Translations under genes and position numbers: made by a program | Shown here: positions 37,370 through 53,770 of the stretch, in pieces | Position numbering within the stretch: position 1 is the first letter of the stretch | How the letters are laid out: every line of letters starts with the position of its first letter | NCBI GenBank assembly: GCA_009602725.1 | Contig: WELB01000010.1 | Location: 409,151 to 473,150 of the forward strand | Length of the DNA: 64,000 nucleotides | Direction of reading: 5' to 3' | Source of the DNA: Spirogloea muscicola | Lineage: Eukaryota | The notes under the pieces: generated by a model | Told to the model about the DNA's origin: nothing | The model's database searches: none | The model's input: only the letters and a program-made list of their open reading frames with translations

Positions 37370-40300
37370 NGGCGGCGGCGGGGGCGGCGAGGAGCTCGAG
37401 CCGGCTCTGGCGGAGAGCTCGGGCGCAGCGGCGAGCGAGGGCGGCCGGGCGGGCGCGCGCGCGCTGAGCGCCGCCTTCCTGCTCGTCTTCCTGGCCTTCG
37501 GCGCCGCCCAGAACCTCGAGAGCACGCTCAACCAGGTGCGCGCCCGCCTCGCAGGGGCTCAGGGCTCCTCTGGGTCCCTCCTTCTGACTTCCTGTTGCTT
37601 ATCGCAGCCCTCCGCCCGCTTTGGGATTGTCGCGACGTTCTCTCATGCTGACTCGGGGGCACTAACGTCACACTGGTACCTTAGCCACCTTAGCATAGGG
37701 CTCCGCTTCATGTAGCCCCATTCTCTGCACTAGTTTCTGCCTGAACAATACAAAAGCAGCTGCCATCCTATCAATTCATGCGCACGGCGCGCCTTCTCTC
37801 TGGCCTGTGGCCCCGCTGATATAGTCATGTATACCCCTGCATGCACACCTGGCTGGCTCTTACAGCCGCTCTTCCAATATCAGCAGCCGCATTCTTCCTT
37901 TGCTAATCCCCCAGAAAGCTGGTCGAGCCTTAGCTGGTGGCACAAGGGCTTGTCAATCTGCCGTCCGGTTGTTGGCCATTAGTTAGCACCCTCTATGTGC
38001 TGACTCGTGGTTACCGAGCGGGTCAGCTTAGCAGCGGGCGTTGTACACCTGTCAGTGCGCTTGCCTCTGTACTCGGCCACTCAAGCCCTCCATCACTCAG
38101 CACACACTCCATCTCCTCTTCCCCCTCCGTCCTCCCCGCATCCCAGCTGACCGCTGTGACGGCTTTTGGCGGCGGCGGCAGGACGCCGGCCTGGGCTCGG
38201 CGGCGCTGGGCCTCGTCTACTGCGCCCTCACGGCCTCATCGCTCGCCGCGCCCGCTGTCGTCGCGCGCCTGGGCGTCCGACGTGGCCTCCTCCTCGGCCT
38301 CGCCGGCTACTGGCTCTTCATGGCCGCCAACCTCCGCCCCTCCTGGTCCTCCCCGTCGCCCGCCTCGTCTCCACTCTCGGCTTTGCCACCACGGCAGTCG
38401 CCTCTGAGGACGATCCAAGTTGTGGGTCCCTGAGACGGCCGCCCAGCTGCTGGCGTGGGGGCACGGGCTCGCCATGCGGCCAAGGTACACCTTGCCGCCA
38501 GCGGCCCTGCTGCTGGGTTGCACAGCCTCCGTCCTTTGGGTGGCCCAGGTAGCCCCACTTCTTTCCGAAGAAAGACTAGGGGTCAGGCTTTCGCAGTGCA
38601 GAGGTTAACTCACGCAAACTCATTAGACTGCTGCTGTGAATCTTGTACATAGTTGCAACTCTGCATTGGGTGGTAGGACGATGTGAAGTTGTTCTTGCTG
38701 CAGCCAACTCAGCCTTGTGGTCCTGTCTTCAGGGCACCTACCTGACGCTCTTAGCTAAGAGCCATGCAGCAGCCAGCGGCATCTCCGAGGCCACTGTGCT
38801 GGGGCAATTCAATGGGGAATTCTGGTCGATCATGGCCAGCAATCAGGTACACGACAGGAGATATGCGGTTGTCTCCTGCTTGCGTGCTCACAATGGATTG
38901 GCCAGCCAGCTCAATGCTGTCAGTTGTGCTTATACTGAAAGCAAAAGCGCAGTTCCGCTTTGATTGTACTTAACATGAAAAGGTATCTGACGCACTAGCA
39001 AACGCTACTGGCTTTGACGTCCTTGCTTCTGTCCTTCCTGCAGCTACTTGGGAATCTGCTGGCCATGCTGATCCTTTCACACAATGCAAGTGCACTGACC
39101 TACCCATCCTTTAGCTTAATGCCATCCTTGGAGGCCATGGCACTTGCGTGCATCATTCTGAATCCAGTTCTCGTGACTCTCAGCCACATCCTCGTTCAGC
39201 CTCCCGTACTTCCAGGATGATTTGCGCATTCATTATGACCTGATCTGATCAAATCGTATCTGCTTGCAAGCAGGGAAAAGCAGGTGACTTTCCGCCGGGC
39301 ACACTGAGGCTGCTGTTCCTCGCTTTCCTTGTGTGCATGACATTTGGGACCATAATCATTTCCCTCCTCAGGGAACCAGCAGCAAAGCAGCACCACTCAC
39401 CGATTGACGATCTCAATGAGCGTGAGAGCACGTTCGTAACCATGCTGGGGCTGCTTCAATCAAGGAGGACCCAGCTGCTTCTCCCTGTAATGGTGTACAC
39501 AGGACTGCAGCAGGCTTTTATCTGGTGCAACCCACTTCCTGCAACATTCTGTTAGCAAGTCCCTCAGACTACAATAACTACAACACCCTTCATTTTCCAA
39601 TTCATGTTGCTCATACTCCTTGACCCTATTCTGCGTTATCTTCTAGTAATAGTTGAACCTTCTGCCTCAAGGGCACTCTGGTACTCACTTTGACTTGATT
39701 TAACACATCATATCTTGAACAATACCGGGAGAGTCGACCCATCGTTTACCAGTCCACGAGCTTTGCAGGGGTGATTTTACAAGGGATATCATTAGTCCCC
39801 ACATGGGACTTGCTTGGGTTCCTGGTGTCATGGCCATCTATGGAGGATCGGACGCCATCGTGAGCCCACTTATTGCTGCCACTTAGTTGGCCAATTTATG
39901 TTGTACACAGCATCCTGGCTCATTGTTGATACAATATCAGAGCTGCACATAGATCACAATGAATGGTGGCTTTGTCTGCAGAGCTCTGCCGCAGCAGGAT
40001 TCCTTGCATCAAGCATCAAATCCCTTCGTTGTGTTTTGGCTATTGGCATCACCGCACAGCTTGTGGTGGCGCTCCTCCTCTTCTGGCATCGGTAAGAGCA
40101 TAGTCTCCTGTGTAGTGTCAAACCAAGTCATCTTGTCAGCTGGTCCATCACATCATACCCTGCGTGCCAATGCATATACCACTGTATTGCTGAAGAAGTG
40201 GACTTTATAGTTTCTGGCTGCAGTTATTCAGATTGCAATCTCGTATTGTTTTGTATTGCCTGCCTGCTTTGCGCTGCGCTTAGCCTTTCTGGCACTCTTT

Positions 40301-40822
40301 CGTGACTCTGCTTGCAGCTCGGAACCGGTGTCCATTATCCTCTCTGCAGTCTTGTGGGGTATGGGTGATGCAGTTTGTAACACAAACATGAGTGCACTTC
40401 TAGGAGCACTTTACTCTGGCAAAATAGTATGCTCTTGTGCCCGCACTTGTGCTCGCATCGTGCACAAGACTTGTATATGAACTCCTGGAGTGATGGCACT
40501 ATTTATCTGAGAGTGTCAAAAGCTCTGCCATCTCTATGTCCTCAGCAACTGGTTACTGTGCAGCTTGTTTTGTTCACCAACCCCCAGTTGCTCCCAGCTA
40601 GTATCGCCGTCCTTACTCGATCTGATTATATCCACTGAACAGGAGGCAGCATTTGCCCAGTGGAGGACCTGGCAGAGTGCAGCTACATCTCTCGTCTTCT
40701 TCGCCAGCCCGCATATATTAATGCCTTGGAAGCTCCTGATGTTGGGGACGCTCGGTATTCTTTCCTTGGCAGCCCTCTTGGCATTAAGGGGTACGGATGA
40801 TGACATGGCTGGGTCAGGCTGA
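37370..40822 (+). CDS. UNC93-like MFS membrane protein (plant UNC93-like 3 type); start lost in the N gap at 37370
   Basis: LSAAFLLVFLAFGAAQNLESTLN, GYWLFMAANLRPSW, TASVLWVAQGTYLT, GQFNGEFW, YTGLQQAFIW, LWGMGDAVCNT and EAAFAQWRTWQS. Confidence 0.9.
37580..38125 (+). mobile_element. Tandem RLE retrotransposon 3' fragments inside intron 1 of the UNC93-like gene
   Basis: ...LMLTRGH* at about 37645-37664; GGCTGGCTCTTACAGCCGCTC..GCAGCCGCATTCTT at 37850-37897; subfamily-A-like CAGAAAGCTGGTCGAGCC...CTGACTCGTGGTTAC..GCGGGTCAGCTTAGCAGC at 37913-38120, with possible TSD TCCCCC. Confidence 0.8.
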
Positions 40823-42139
40823 GCAGACAAGCATGCCTCTTTTGTGATGACAGGCACCTGCAAGGTGAGATGGAGCTTTTTAGTCATTTTGGCTGGCTTA
40901 GGCTGCCATCTGCCTGCTCTTAGCTAGACAGAGTTGCCTCTTCTTTGGACTGTTTTAGCTGGGCACAAGAGGCCAAGAAAGTGAGCAAGCTTGCACAGCT
41001 GACTGCAACAACTTCTGGAATTAAGAGAGCGGTGACCTTCTGCTGCTTCAGCCTCATCAGCGCAACTCCTGAGAAAGATGACACTGCGATGAGCTGTTGC
41101 AGGCCAGGACGTGAGTACTCTGTGGGCAACCAAGCGCATCAGGCCTCTGAATGGACGTCAATCTGGATAGGCGCACCTCCCACCTTGTTCCCAATTGTCG
41201 GCCAGCTCAGTGAGCTGCGGCAAGACAGCTTTACAAAGTGCTCTCGCCAGCTTGCCTGCATGGTCTTGGCATGAGATTCGCGGTCTTTTCCTGGTACATG
41301 CGACAGGTTTTGGAATATTTCTGAGGGCTAGTGGACACAGGCACCATTCGATCTGGCTGCGGAAGGTGGGGTTCATAATCAGAGTGAAAGTGACCAACCC
41401 ACTATGAGGTGGCCGCTGACCCTCGAACTGCAACGAAGGTGGCCATGTGTGTCCCCGCCATGGCCTTGCGTCGTGAGGAGGGGTCTGCACTTGGTAGTTT
41501 ACTGCTGCTTGTGCTTAATACATACTGGTGGCACTTGGGAGCAGATTTTTATTGGTAAGATTCACAACATTGGAGAGTTGTCTGGGTGGCCAGTGAAGGG
41601 CGCTCGTTGTTGGTCTGCCCTCATGTCGCATGCCTTTTGTGCGACACCTTCCTCCATTGTCATCAATTGAGGCTCAGCTCTTTGCTCTTTGATGACCAGC
41701 GCGGGACACAGTGGCAGAGCCACGTGGTCCAGCGAATCAGTTCCTGGATTTGAATCGTTTGTTGGCCAGCTACAAAAGACCATTCTCTCGGTGTTGCTTT
41801 GAATTCCTGAAGTCTCCTCGCAATGAGGATGGGGCTTGCTCATGTGTTGGTGATTTGTGCACCTTGCGTCTCAAGTCTTCCTTGTCAGCCATGCTCTTCT
41901 GTGCTTGGCCATGCCTGTAATAAGATCATAAGACGTGCAACTCGTTGCAACACGCTGCGCATGTTCTGTTTCCACGAATGACCAGCAAATCTAGGGTTGA
42001 GCGCCGAGCAACAGGTGTTAAAAGCGTCGACGCCATACAAATCATCATGCGCTTGTGCAACAATTTATGCATATTCTAAAATGTGTAATGGCCACAATGC
42101 GAAAGGGCTTGCAGAGCTCTTGGCAGACGAGATGTATTT

Positions 42140-42650
42140 ACAGGCTCCCCTACTGTTGTCCATTCCTCTTGAGCTGGCCTCTCACAGTCATTGCCAACTC
42201 GGAAGAGGTTCTCTCGCCCAAGCAGCAGTAGAGCCACGAGCTCCCCTACTGACCTTGTTCCTTCCTTTCGGGCCGGCCTCTCACAGCCACAGAGCCAAAC
42301 TGTAAAGAGCTGGATTCTATCCCATCATGCCGCAGGCAAGCTTAGAGACGTCTTGCTCCTGGACCACCAACCGTAGGCTGCAGGCAAAATGCAGCAATAA
42401 TAGCAAATAGAAAGGGGCTCTTACAAAGGGGTGAGGGTTGTGAAAGCCATCCCAAAAACAGTTGGACAAGGTCCGAAGAGCCGAAAGGCGCTAAAACCGC
42501 AAAGCTACGCAATTGGGCACAGCAAATGTGAGCCTTTCCGTGCTTTTTGCGCATTCCGGCCCCTTTCAGGCCTAGTACACTCCTGTGGGCTGGCCTCTCA
42601 CAGCCACTTCTCATCACAGCCACTGCCTTACACTGGGAGAGCTCTTAGCT
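42140..42650. mobile_element. Cluster of RLE retrotransposon 3'-UTR remnants upstream of HSP90
   Basis: GAGCTGGCCTCTCACAGTC (42171), GGCCGGCCTCTCACAGCC (42270), reverse GGTTGTGAAAGCCATCCC (42436) and GGGCTGGCCTCTCACAGCC..GGGAGAGCTC (42587). Confidence 0.7.
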
Positions 42651-42867
42651 TTTTCATGTTATGAAGCGGCTGGCGAGCCAGCGAAGGCGAGGGCGGCCGA
42701 CGCCGTTCCCGCGCGACGGTGAGCGCGTTGCCGCGCCGTCCCGTTCGACGAGCGTGGCGCGCGAAGGGAGGGGAGGGGCTCCTCGGGGTTTGGGGGCTCG
42801 TGAGGGCCACGGCCTGCCGTCCGATCGGCGGCTGTGCGGCGGGCGATGGGCGGGAGGCCTCGGGCGC

Positions 42868-42887
42868 CGTCGAGAACCTTCCAGGCC
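42868..42887 (+). promoter_or_regulatory. Imperfect heat-shock element upstream of HSP90
   Basis: cGTCg aGAAc cTTCc, about 130 bp before the ATG; only two perfect pentamers. Confidence 0.35.
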
Positions 42888-43005
42888 CGCGGCGGAGGGG
42901 ACCGGCGCCGCCCGTCCCGCCGGCCCTCCGGCGCCGCGCAGCCCGCCCCGACGCTCCTGCTTCGCTCCTACCACTGTTGGCTGCCGCCGCCGCCGGCGCT
43001 GCTGA

Positions 43006-46711
<3,706 letters not shown>

Positions 46712-49700
46712 ATTCATCGCTGCCATGATTATTTAGTTGCCTCTAGCACCTCGCTCTCTTCATGACTTTTACTTCATTAGTAAAGTTGGCTCCTCCTACT
46801 ACCGAGAGTGTCAAGTGTTGAGAACATGGTGGCACCTGACTGGGCCGCCTAATTGAACTAGTTTGAAAAGCTCTGGCCTTGCCTTAAGACCCTTCAGACT
46901 TTCCTTCTTTCGCCTCTGCTACATCATGCACTTGTAAGCAGCCACATGACAGATTTCGAAGGATTTGGGTTCTGCTGGTTGTTCACGCCCAGCAACAGTG
47001 AAGTGCCTAGTTCCTCTCACTTGTCCAGCAGTTGCGCATATGCTCTTTGGGGGCTCTTATATGTTTTCGTGACCCATGGTTCCAAGTACGGTGCAGCTTG
47101 ATGGTAAGAGTCGGTAAGGGGTAGTGCCAATACAGAATTAGACCAGATGACCATACGATCATGGGAGTACTTTCTAGAAAGTAGAAGGTGGTTTACAAGG
47201 GGGGACTAGTCAGCAATTAGCTTTCTTGGCCATCCAGAAGCACGAGAAACCAACATTCCTTTCTTGCCTACTTAATGGCAATGGTTGTGAGGAGGTCGGA
47301 TGACAAAACTTGCTAGGATGTACCGGCCCGCCACCACAAGTACATTATACTATCACTAGCAATGCAGCCAGGACGCACCTTAGATTAGCATCACCAATGT
47401 GTTATTAGCAATACTGCATCCGGGACGTGCTTGAGCCTGGCATCGTCAATGAGCTAAATATGGACAGCAGAGTGATGCCTGCCTCGGAGGATGCCATAAA
47501 TGTATCAAAGGTTAGTCCTGCATTCATGGATTACTAAAGCAACCAAGGCGGTCCATCATGTCCAAGCTGGTGTGTAAATTGTGTGACTCTCACTGGAGTA
47601 TGGCAAACTTGCGGCGGCTGCCAAGAGGTGGACGGACATGTGGTATCATTGCACAAACTACAGAGCAGCCTAGAGTCAAAACGCCTAGTATCTGCTGTAC
47701 TTCAGTGAGATTCTAGAGAAAAGGGGGGGGGGGGATTTGGAGGGTGCTTGGGTGGAACACTGGCGCAGAAGCTAAATAGTGCGTTAAGGTATGTCTGAAG
47801 AAGTGTGCCTTACACCTAAGTGTGCATGTGCGCGCCTCCCCCTCCCCCAGCCAATCTTTAATACCAGGTGGTTATTCAGACATGCCTTCTTGCACAACTT
47901 TGCATCTGTAGTGCACAGTGTTGTCCTAGGCATGTCTGCAATTTGAGGGTGTTTTACAGCCGCAAGTGACAATCAAGAGGACAGATCAGATATAGAGACA
48001 TAGAGTCAAGCCTAGCTCTGCTCCACAGCCGCCACAACTTGTGCAGCTTGTCAGAAGCAACATGGCCTGCCTCGTCGAGGTAGCTACTAGCTACACTGCA
48101 ACCCAAAATCGACTGTGCCCGCTTGTTCAGAAAGGATCCTAGCGACTTGCACCACTCCTGCTTGTTTTGGAAAGGGTATGGGGTCACAACCATTGCGAAG
48201 GGCGAGAGACGATGACTGCAAAGGTGATGTTCTGCAACAGTGGTCACAAGGCCTGAAAGATGCAGCGGCTGTGAGCGATGCAGCAAAACAGAGCAGTAGC
48301 TGCAAGGGCTGCGCAGCTACCAAAGTAGGGGTGCCGGCAAACTCGTACAAGAGCCTGACATTTTGCCCCTGCCTTACAGTTTGGCCCTGCCTATGGTGGA
48401 GGACAACCTGAGAGGGATAGCAACGCGGCACATTAGGAGGGCCGGGTGGTGACGCCCAGATAGCCAATTCCTCGAGCAAGTCACTGTAAGGCGGGAGGAC
48501 AAGGTGGGTGAAGCTGACAAGGTTGTCGATGAAATGTTGGAGGACGATGCCAGCACATGACAGCAGTGGCCCAGTCGGCCTGGAGGTGCACGAAGGCTGA
48601 GCATAAGCCGGCAGCAGGTTCTTCTAGCCATGTGCCTGTGGCTTTGGCAAGGCCAACACACTGCACGCTTCATGCCGCTACTTAGGTGCGCTAGTCTTGC
48701 CGTACATCGCTCGGAAGAATGAGACAGTTGACAAGGAGGCGCAGAGCTCCACCAGCATAGCGCCAGCATAATAGAAGGTAATAAGAGCACCACAGACAAT
48801 AGAAGGCCACCCAACCACTCAGATCGTGCTTCCACTCAGTCCCATATGCTATAAAGGCCGCCTCCCCTCAACTCTCACTGGTGCTCAAACGAGAACCAGT
48901 GAGAGCGGAGCGTTGAGTGCAAGTGGTCGCCATGTGACCGTGGAGCACGCCTGACGGCTAGAAGATGACCTCCACTGTAGTGAGTCCTAGTAGGGCTGAT
49001 GCACGCCACGCCCAACTGGGTGTCTGCAGGCACGTCGAAGGCTGGTAGCAAGTACCTAGAGTATGTCCAAGGGCAGGTGCCCAGGCATCAAGTATAAGCA
49101 GACCCGCAAGAAGGTGGTGATCTTTGCCGCGTTGCCTCCAAGGTCCGTGAGAGCATACCACAAGCATAGCACAAGCGGACCACCAATGACCCCTCCTCTT
49201 GCTGCATTGCAGGACTCCTTGTCGCATGTCGGCTTCCATGTCACCTACTTTCAGATGCGGCTGGGTGTTTGCATTTGGAGCTCCTATAGAGCCAGTTAAG
49301 TGTCGGAGTCCTCCAAATAGGAAGACCACGGAGCTTGCTGGCGTGGGCGAAGCTGAAGCACGCCTGAGAGAGGCACCGCTAGTGAATTTGCTGCTGCCTG
49401 GCGGCCCAAACGGCGGCGTTCCCAAAGTGGTCCGTTGGCAGCCGGATCGTTGTGGTCAGTCAAGAGCTTGTTCTAACGCCGGCCTTGACCACTATTCGTG
49501 CCTGAGCTGCCGACCTGGACCTTCTAGCCTCTCTGCAGGAATCAGTTGCCCCTCAGGAGCAATACTCCTCGGTGGGCATGGCTGCATTTGCGCCGTGATC
49601 TATGCCCAGTGGGGACAGGATCGAAGACAAAAGCCAGGACGAGAGTAGCTGGAACACTACGTCCTATTCGGCCGCCTTGACTCGGCAGCCCCAATCAGGA

Positions 49701-50224
49701 AGTGCTGGCCGCTCCAAACAGGAAGTCAGTGCAAGCCTGCTACTATGTCACGGTGCGCGGAGCTCCGCTGGGCGTGCGACCGCGGGGGAGGAAGGGGAGG
49801 GGGGGTGACCCAAGCTATCGGCTATTGTGGCGGTTCGGCTACTCCTGCGGCGTGTTGGTGGCGCAGCTGGAGTGCCGCGGAGCGGGCGGCGGTGGCGGCG
49901 GCGGCGGCAAGAGCGGCCATGGTCGCGAGGACGGGGGCGAGCGGCCGCCCGGGAGGTGCAATCATGAGGATCGTGGTTGGCGAGGGGCCTCTCGGCGACG
50001 ATGCCTTCTAGTTGACTTACCCCGACTGTTGAGGCTGTGGAGCTATCAACGCGTGTCCATGGGCGGCGACTTTCACGGCCTCTGCCACCTGGCTTCGTGG
50101 TAGCCACCTGAGATGGAGTCCATTGACTTCCTGATGGGGTGCGGAAAAGAAGGTGGCGAGGTCCACAGTGCATTTCCCCCCGTATTGCGGCGCCCATGTC
50201 ACCTCGCGCGCACCAATGCGGCAC

Positions 50225-50305
50225 TTCTTTCTTTGGCTATGGACATTGTCCATTCTTTTTGGGGTTGGCTTTGCCAGCCCCTCTTCTTTATGGGCGAGCT
50301 CTTCT
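50225..50305 (+). mobile_element. ~80-bp RLE retrotransposon 3'-end insertion
   Basis: CTTTGGCTATGGACATTGTCCATTCTTTTTGGGGTTGGCTTTGCCAGCCCCTCTTCTTTATGGGCGAGCTCTT matches 8050-8135(-) and 8720-8780(+). Degenerate flanking repeat CAATGCGGCAC / CAATGCAGCCAC. Confidence 0.8.
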
Positions 50306-50977
50306 ACAATGCAGCCACGCGAGTCGAGGTTCTCGCGGAATAGTGAGTCTGCGCCGTCCGCTACGCTGTCGCGAGACTTCCCATCGGTGGCCGATTGATG
50401 TCAATTCGACAAGGCATGTGAGGTGGCTACACACACGTGGACATCTGGGGCACGTCAACTATCAGTTTAACTTTGGGAAAACTCACGAAAACGGCACCTC
50501 CAGCTCAGCTCCGGTCAGGAAAGCTGCGTATCTGCCGCTGAGCCGTAGATCTGGTATAAGAGGGGCAGGCACCATCCTGCCGCCCAAAGCGCTCGAAAAG
50601 TCAAGAAGAAGGCGCATCTGCCGCCGGGCCGAAGTCTGGCATCGGCGGCGGGCTGACCTCATCCTACCGCCCGAGCCGCTCAAAGAAGCCCGAAGAGAAG
50701 CCGAAAAGCCCTATCCGATGCCCGCTTCGATGCGTGTGACCCACATTAACGAGTGATTGGGGGTACCGGCCAGGCTTGCGGCGGGTAAGGTAGGTAGTGG
50801 GAGAATGATTGATTCAAGCTTACACTGGCCTTGGGGATCAAGGGTGGAGGGGGAACCAAAATGGGCCAAAAAGCCCGTTCTAACAAAACAATTCCATTCT
50901 TTCTGACTGAGGAGAAGCGAGCGGAGAGCTGGGACCGAGCACTTCGACTCTGTCCAGTCTCTTCCCTTCAGCAGATT

Positions 50978-51075
50978 CGCCGCCGCCGCCGCCGCCGCCG
51001 TCGCTGCTGTCGTCGTCGCTGCCGCTCTTGCCGCCGCCGTCGTCGCTGCCGCTGCCGCGCCGCCGCCGCCACCGC
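50978..51075. repeat. Imperfect (GCC/GTC)n trinucleotide repeat
   Basis: CGCCGCCGCCGCCGCCGCCGCCGTCGCTGCTGTCGTCGTCGCTGCC... Confidence 0.8.
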
Positions 51076-51377
51076 TGATTAACCAGCGGGCATCGAGCGC
51101 GCCACCCGGACGTGCCAAGAAGGCACGGGCAGGCGAACTGGACCAGACTGCTGCTAAAGAGCCTGCTACTGACGAACCTCGTTGACCGGTACGTAAACCG
51201 GCACGTTGGCAAGGAACACTTGTTCTTGCTCGACTTGACGCTCCGAACATAGTCTCGGAAGCCGTCTATTTTGTGGTACTCACATCAGTACTTTGTGCGG
51301 TGGTTATATTGAGTGCATCCTTGCAAACCTCCGTACTAAGGATGACTCTTCATTGGGCGTCACTCGAGTTTCCGGGC

Positions 51378-51503
51378 ACTAAGACCCTCAAGTGGGCGAA
51401 CCTTGGTTGTTGGGGACTAAGACCCTCAATTGAGCAAACATTGGTTACCATGACTGAGACCCTTAATTGGGCGAACTCGACTTACCATGCACCAGACCCT
51501 TTG
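51378..51503. repeat. ~38-bp tandem repeat, about 3.3 copies
   Basis: ACTAAGACCCTCAAGTGGGCGAACCTTGGTT.. / ACTAAGACCCTCAATTGAGCAAACATTGGTTACCATG / ACTGAGACCCTTAATTGGGCGAACTCGACTTACCATG / ACCAGACCC. Confidence 0.75.
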
Positions 51504-52379
51504 GGGATCGTTATCTAGTTCTGGATCTGGTTCATTGCATTGCTTGGTTGATTGCTTGGTGTCTCCACCGACTTACCACTAATCTGAAATCATCCATCAC
51601 AAGGTCGAGTTATCTTATCATGCCGTTTCTAGGCTGTCTATCTGTACATGTTCCTGATTCCAAACAAAGGACTACCTCATTTTCTCGCTTTTCACTTCCA
51701 TTTACAATGTGTTGCGTTGCCGGCCTCTGACGTCTCACCTGTATTCCATACATATCTGCCATATCGACCTGCCGATCACTACTGTGTGGCACGACAACGC
51801 CCCCCCAAAGCCGCCGCCTCCGCCGCGGCTGCGCTCGCGCACCATGGCTTCCGCGAGCCTCACGGCCATGACCCCGCCCGCCTGTGCTCGCATTGCACCA
51901 GCGCCTGCTCCCTATTGACACCAATATATATGGCACGCAAGAACACTTCACTGCGCTCATGCAGATAGATGTGATACACAGCACATTGCGAGGTCCTTGC
52001 TGAGCACCATATAAGGACCCAAGAGCTGAGTATGACTGTCTGTCCACTTGCACAGGAGCTAGAGGACTGGTGGAGGACGGTTCTCGTTGTTGGAGCGCAT
52101 TCTGCTGGAAATTGGTGATAGTGCCCAAGGTCGCTGATAACTGCCCACGCGACAATGGAGTAGGGCAGAGTGCCGGCATGTCCTGAGGTCCGTCCTTCAC
52201 AGGTTGCCGGCTAGCTTTGTCGTGGTGGCCGCTCAACAGACGGATGGGTCACCCGTACCGAAGGGGGCGGCACGCTCACAGGCTGCAGGTCGTTAGTAGG
52301 GCGCGTGCTGGCACCACCTTCCGGAGCCGAGGAGCTTGCGTGCCCCTCGCAGGCAATAGGCAGGCATGGGGGGGTGCAA

Positions 52380-53600
52380 AGAAGGACTCTCTGAGGAGGC
52401 GATGGCTGTGAAAGGGAAGAAGAGAAGGAAGCACAATTGCCACGGGCGAAGGCCTCAAAGGGCCAGCCTAAATACGACAATGTCCAGAGAGGAGAGGGCA
52501 GGCCACGAAACATTGGAGAAAGGTCGGGGGTTGGAGCAGGCACGGGGTGCCTTGTCTGGGGCATGGCTACTGTCCGATGCCAGGCACACGTCTCAGTCTC
52601 CGCGAGTGAACGGAGAGTTGCGTTAGATCGAGAAAAGAAAGGACGCTTCCAGGAGAAGGCGGTGGCTGTGAAAGGCCAGCCCAGTAAAAGAGTAAACGAA
52701 GTCTGAAGGGTCCAGAGAAAAGCGCTAGAGCACAAGGGATCAAACAGCTACGAAGCACTTAGTGACCCCTCTGAGCAGCCGCAGGTCGGAGAAACTAATC
52801 TCCGGGTAGCGGGGAAGACTCATCCAGAAGAGCGCGATGGCAATAATTGGCCAGCCCAGAAAAAGAACGAAAGAAAGATATAAGGGGCCAGAAAAGCGCT
52901 AGGCACACGGCGACTCTAAGTGGCCACTGGGTGCCTGGTATCCCCTACTGAGCAGCTACAAAGAAACCAGTCTCTGGGTAGCGGGAAAACGTGTGTAATA
53001 AGAGATGGGGAAGCCATGTGTGGCCAAGTACGAAGGCAAGCACATTGACAAGTGTACGTCACCTGCTGCTAAGCTGACCCGCTCAGTAACCACGAGTCAG
53101 CACATAGAGGTCGCTAACTGATGCTCGAATACCGGACGGCAATCGACAAGCTCTTGAACTACCAGCCAAGGCTCGACCAGCTTTCTGATGCAACGCATGA
53201 GCCTGAGCTCGCTGTAGCGGGTAGCGGGGTGCCCGGTCCATAGCGCGAGGCAATCAAAGCGCGGACAGCACGCAGATGCGACGCGTGTGCCATTTGACCG
53301 CTCAGCGAGACTGACAGGCGAATGGATGCGATACACCTGGGATCCGTCGCGCCGCGGGCCGAGTCTCCGTATCTTCCGCCCGTCACCCCTACTCCCCGAA
53401 ACACCGAAACCCCCACCCGGACGCCGCCCCGCGCCGCCTGCAAGCCGCCGCCGCCGCCTGCAGCGCGCGCGCTCGGTGGCCTGGCCGCGTCGCAGCCAGC
53501 CCGGCGTTCGGAGGGCGCGCCGCTTCTCCCTCCGTATGCACCTGGCTGGCTTTCACAACCGCTCGTTTACTATCGGCAGCCGCATTCTTCGTCTTGCCGG
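52380..53600 (-). mobile_element. Head-to-tail and nested RLE retrotransposon 3' fragments upstream of the CrRLK1L gene
   Basis: Minus-strand units with ORF ends (SDLRLLRGV; AHASHLRAVRAL...LLSRGY) and 3'-UTR hairpins at about 52403, 52663 and 52850. A subfamily-A copy at 52986-53213 is flanked by GTAGCGGG (52978-52985 and 53214-53221). One + strand remnant at 53540-53590. Confidence 0.85.
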
Positions 53601-53770
53601 CCCTGCCCCATCACCCCGCCGCCTTCGACGCCATTGCCATCAAAACTGCATCTCGCCGCCCCTGCCGCCGCGTCGCCTTCCACTCGCGAGGGCGCCCGCT
53701 GCTCTCCTAGGCTGCCCCGCTGTCGAGCCACCCTGGTTGCCGCAGCCGGCGTCGCGGGAGGCAACGGGCC

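Noticed and set aside
37345..37370. Poly(A) run as a retrocopy tail
   Set aside because: It is adjacent to an N gap and sits just upstream of the GP210 start codon; more likely a contig-end artefact or a simple homopolymer.
40920..42140. Faint resemblance to the pre-RT region of CRE-like ORFs
   Set aside because: The similarity is too weak and too broken to support by eye.
47000..50220. Possible minus-strand gene or pseudogene after HSP90 (isolated splice-like signals, several ORFs)
   Set aside because: No coherent exon chain or known motif.
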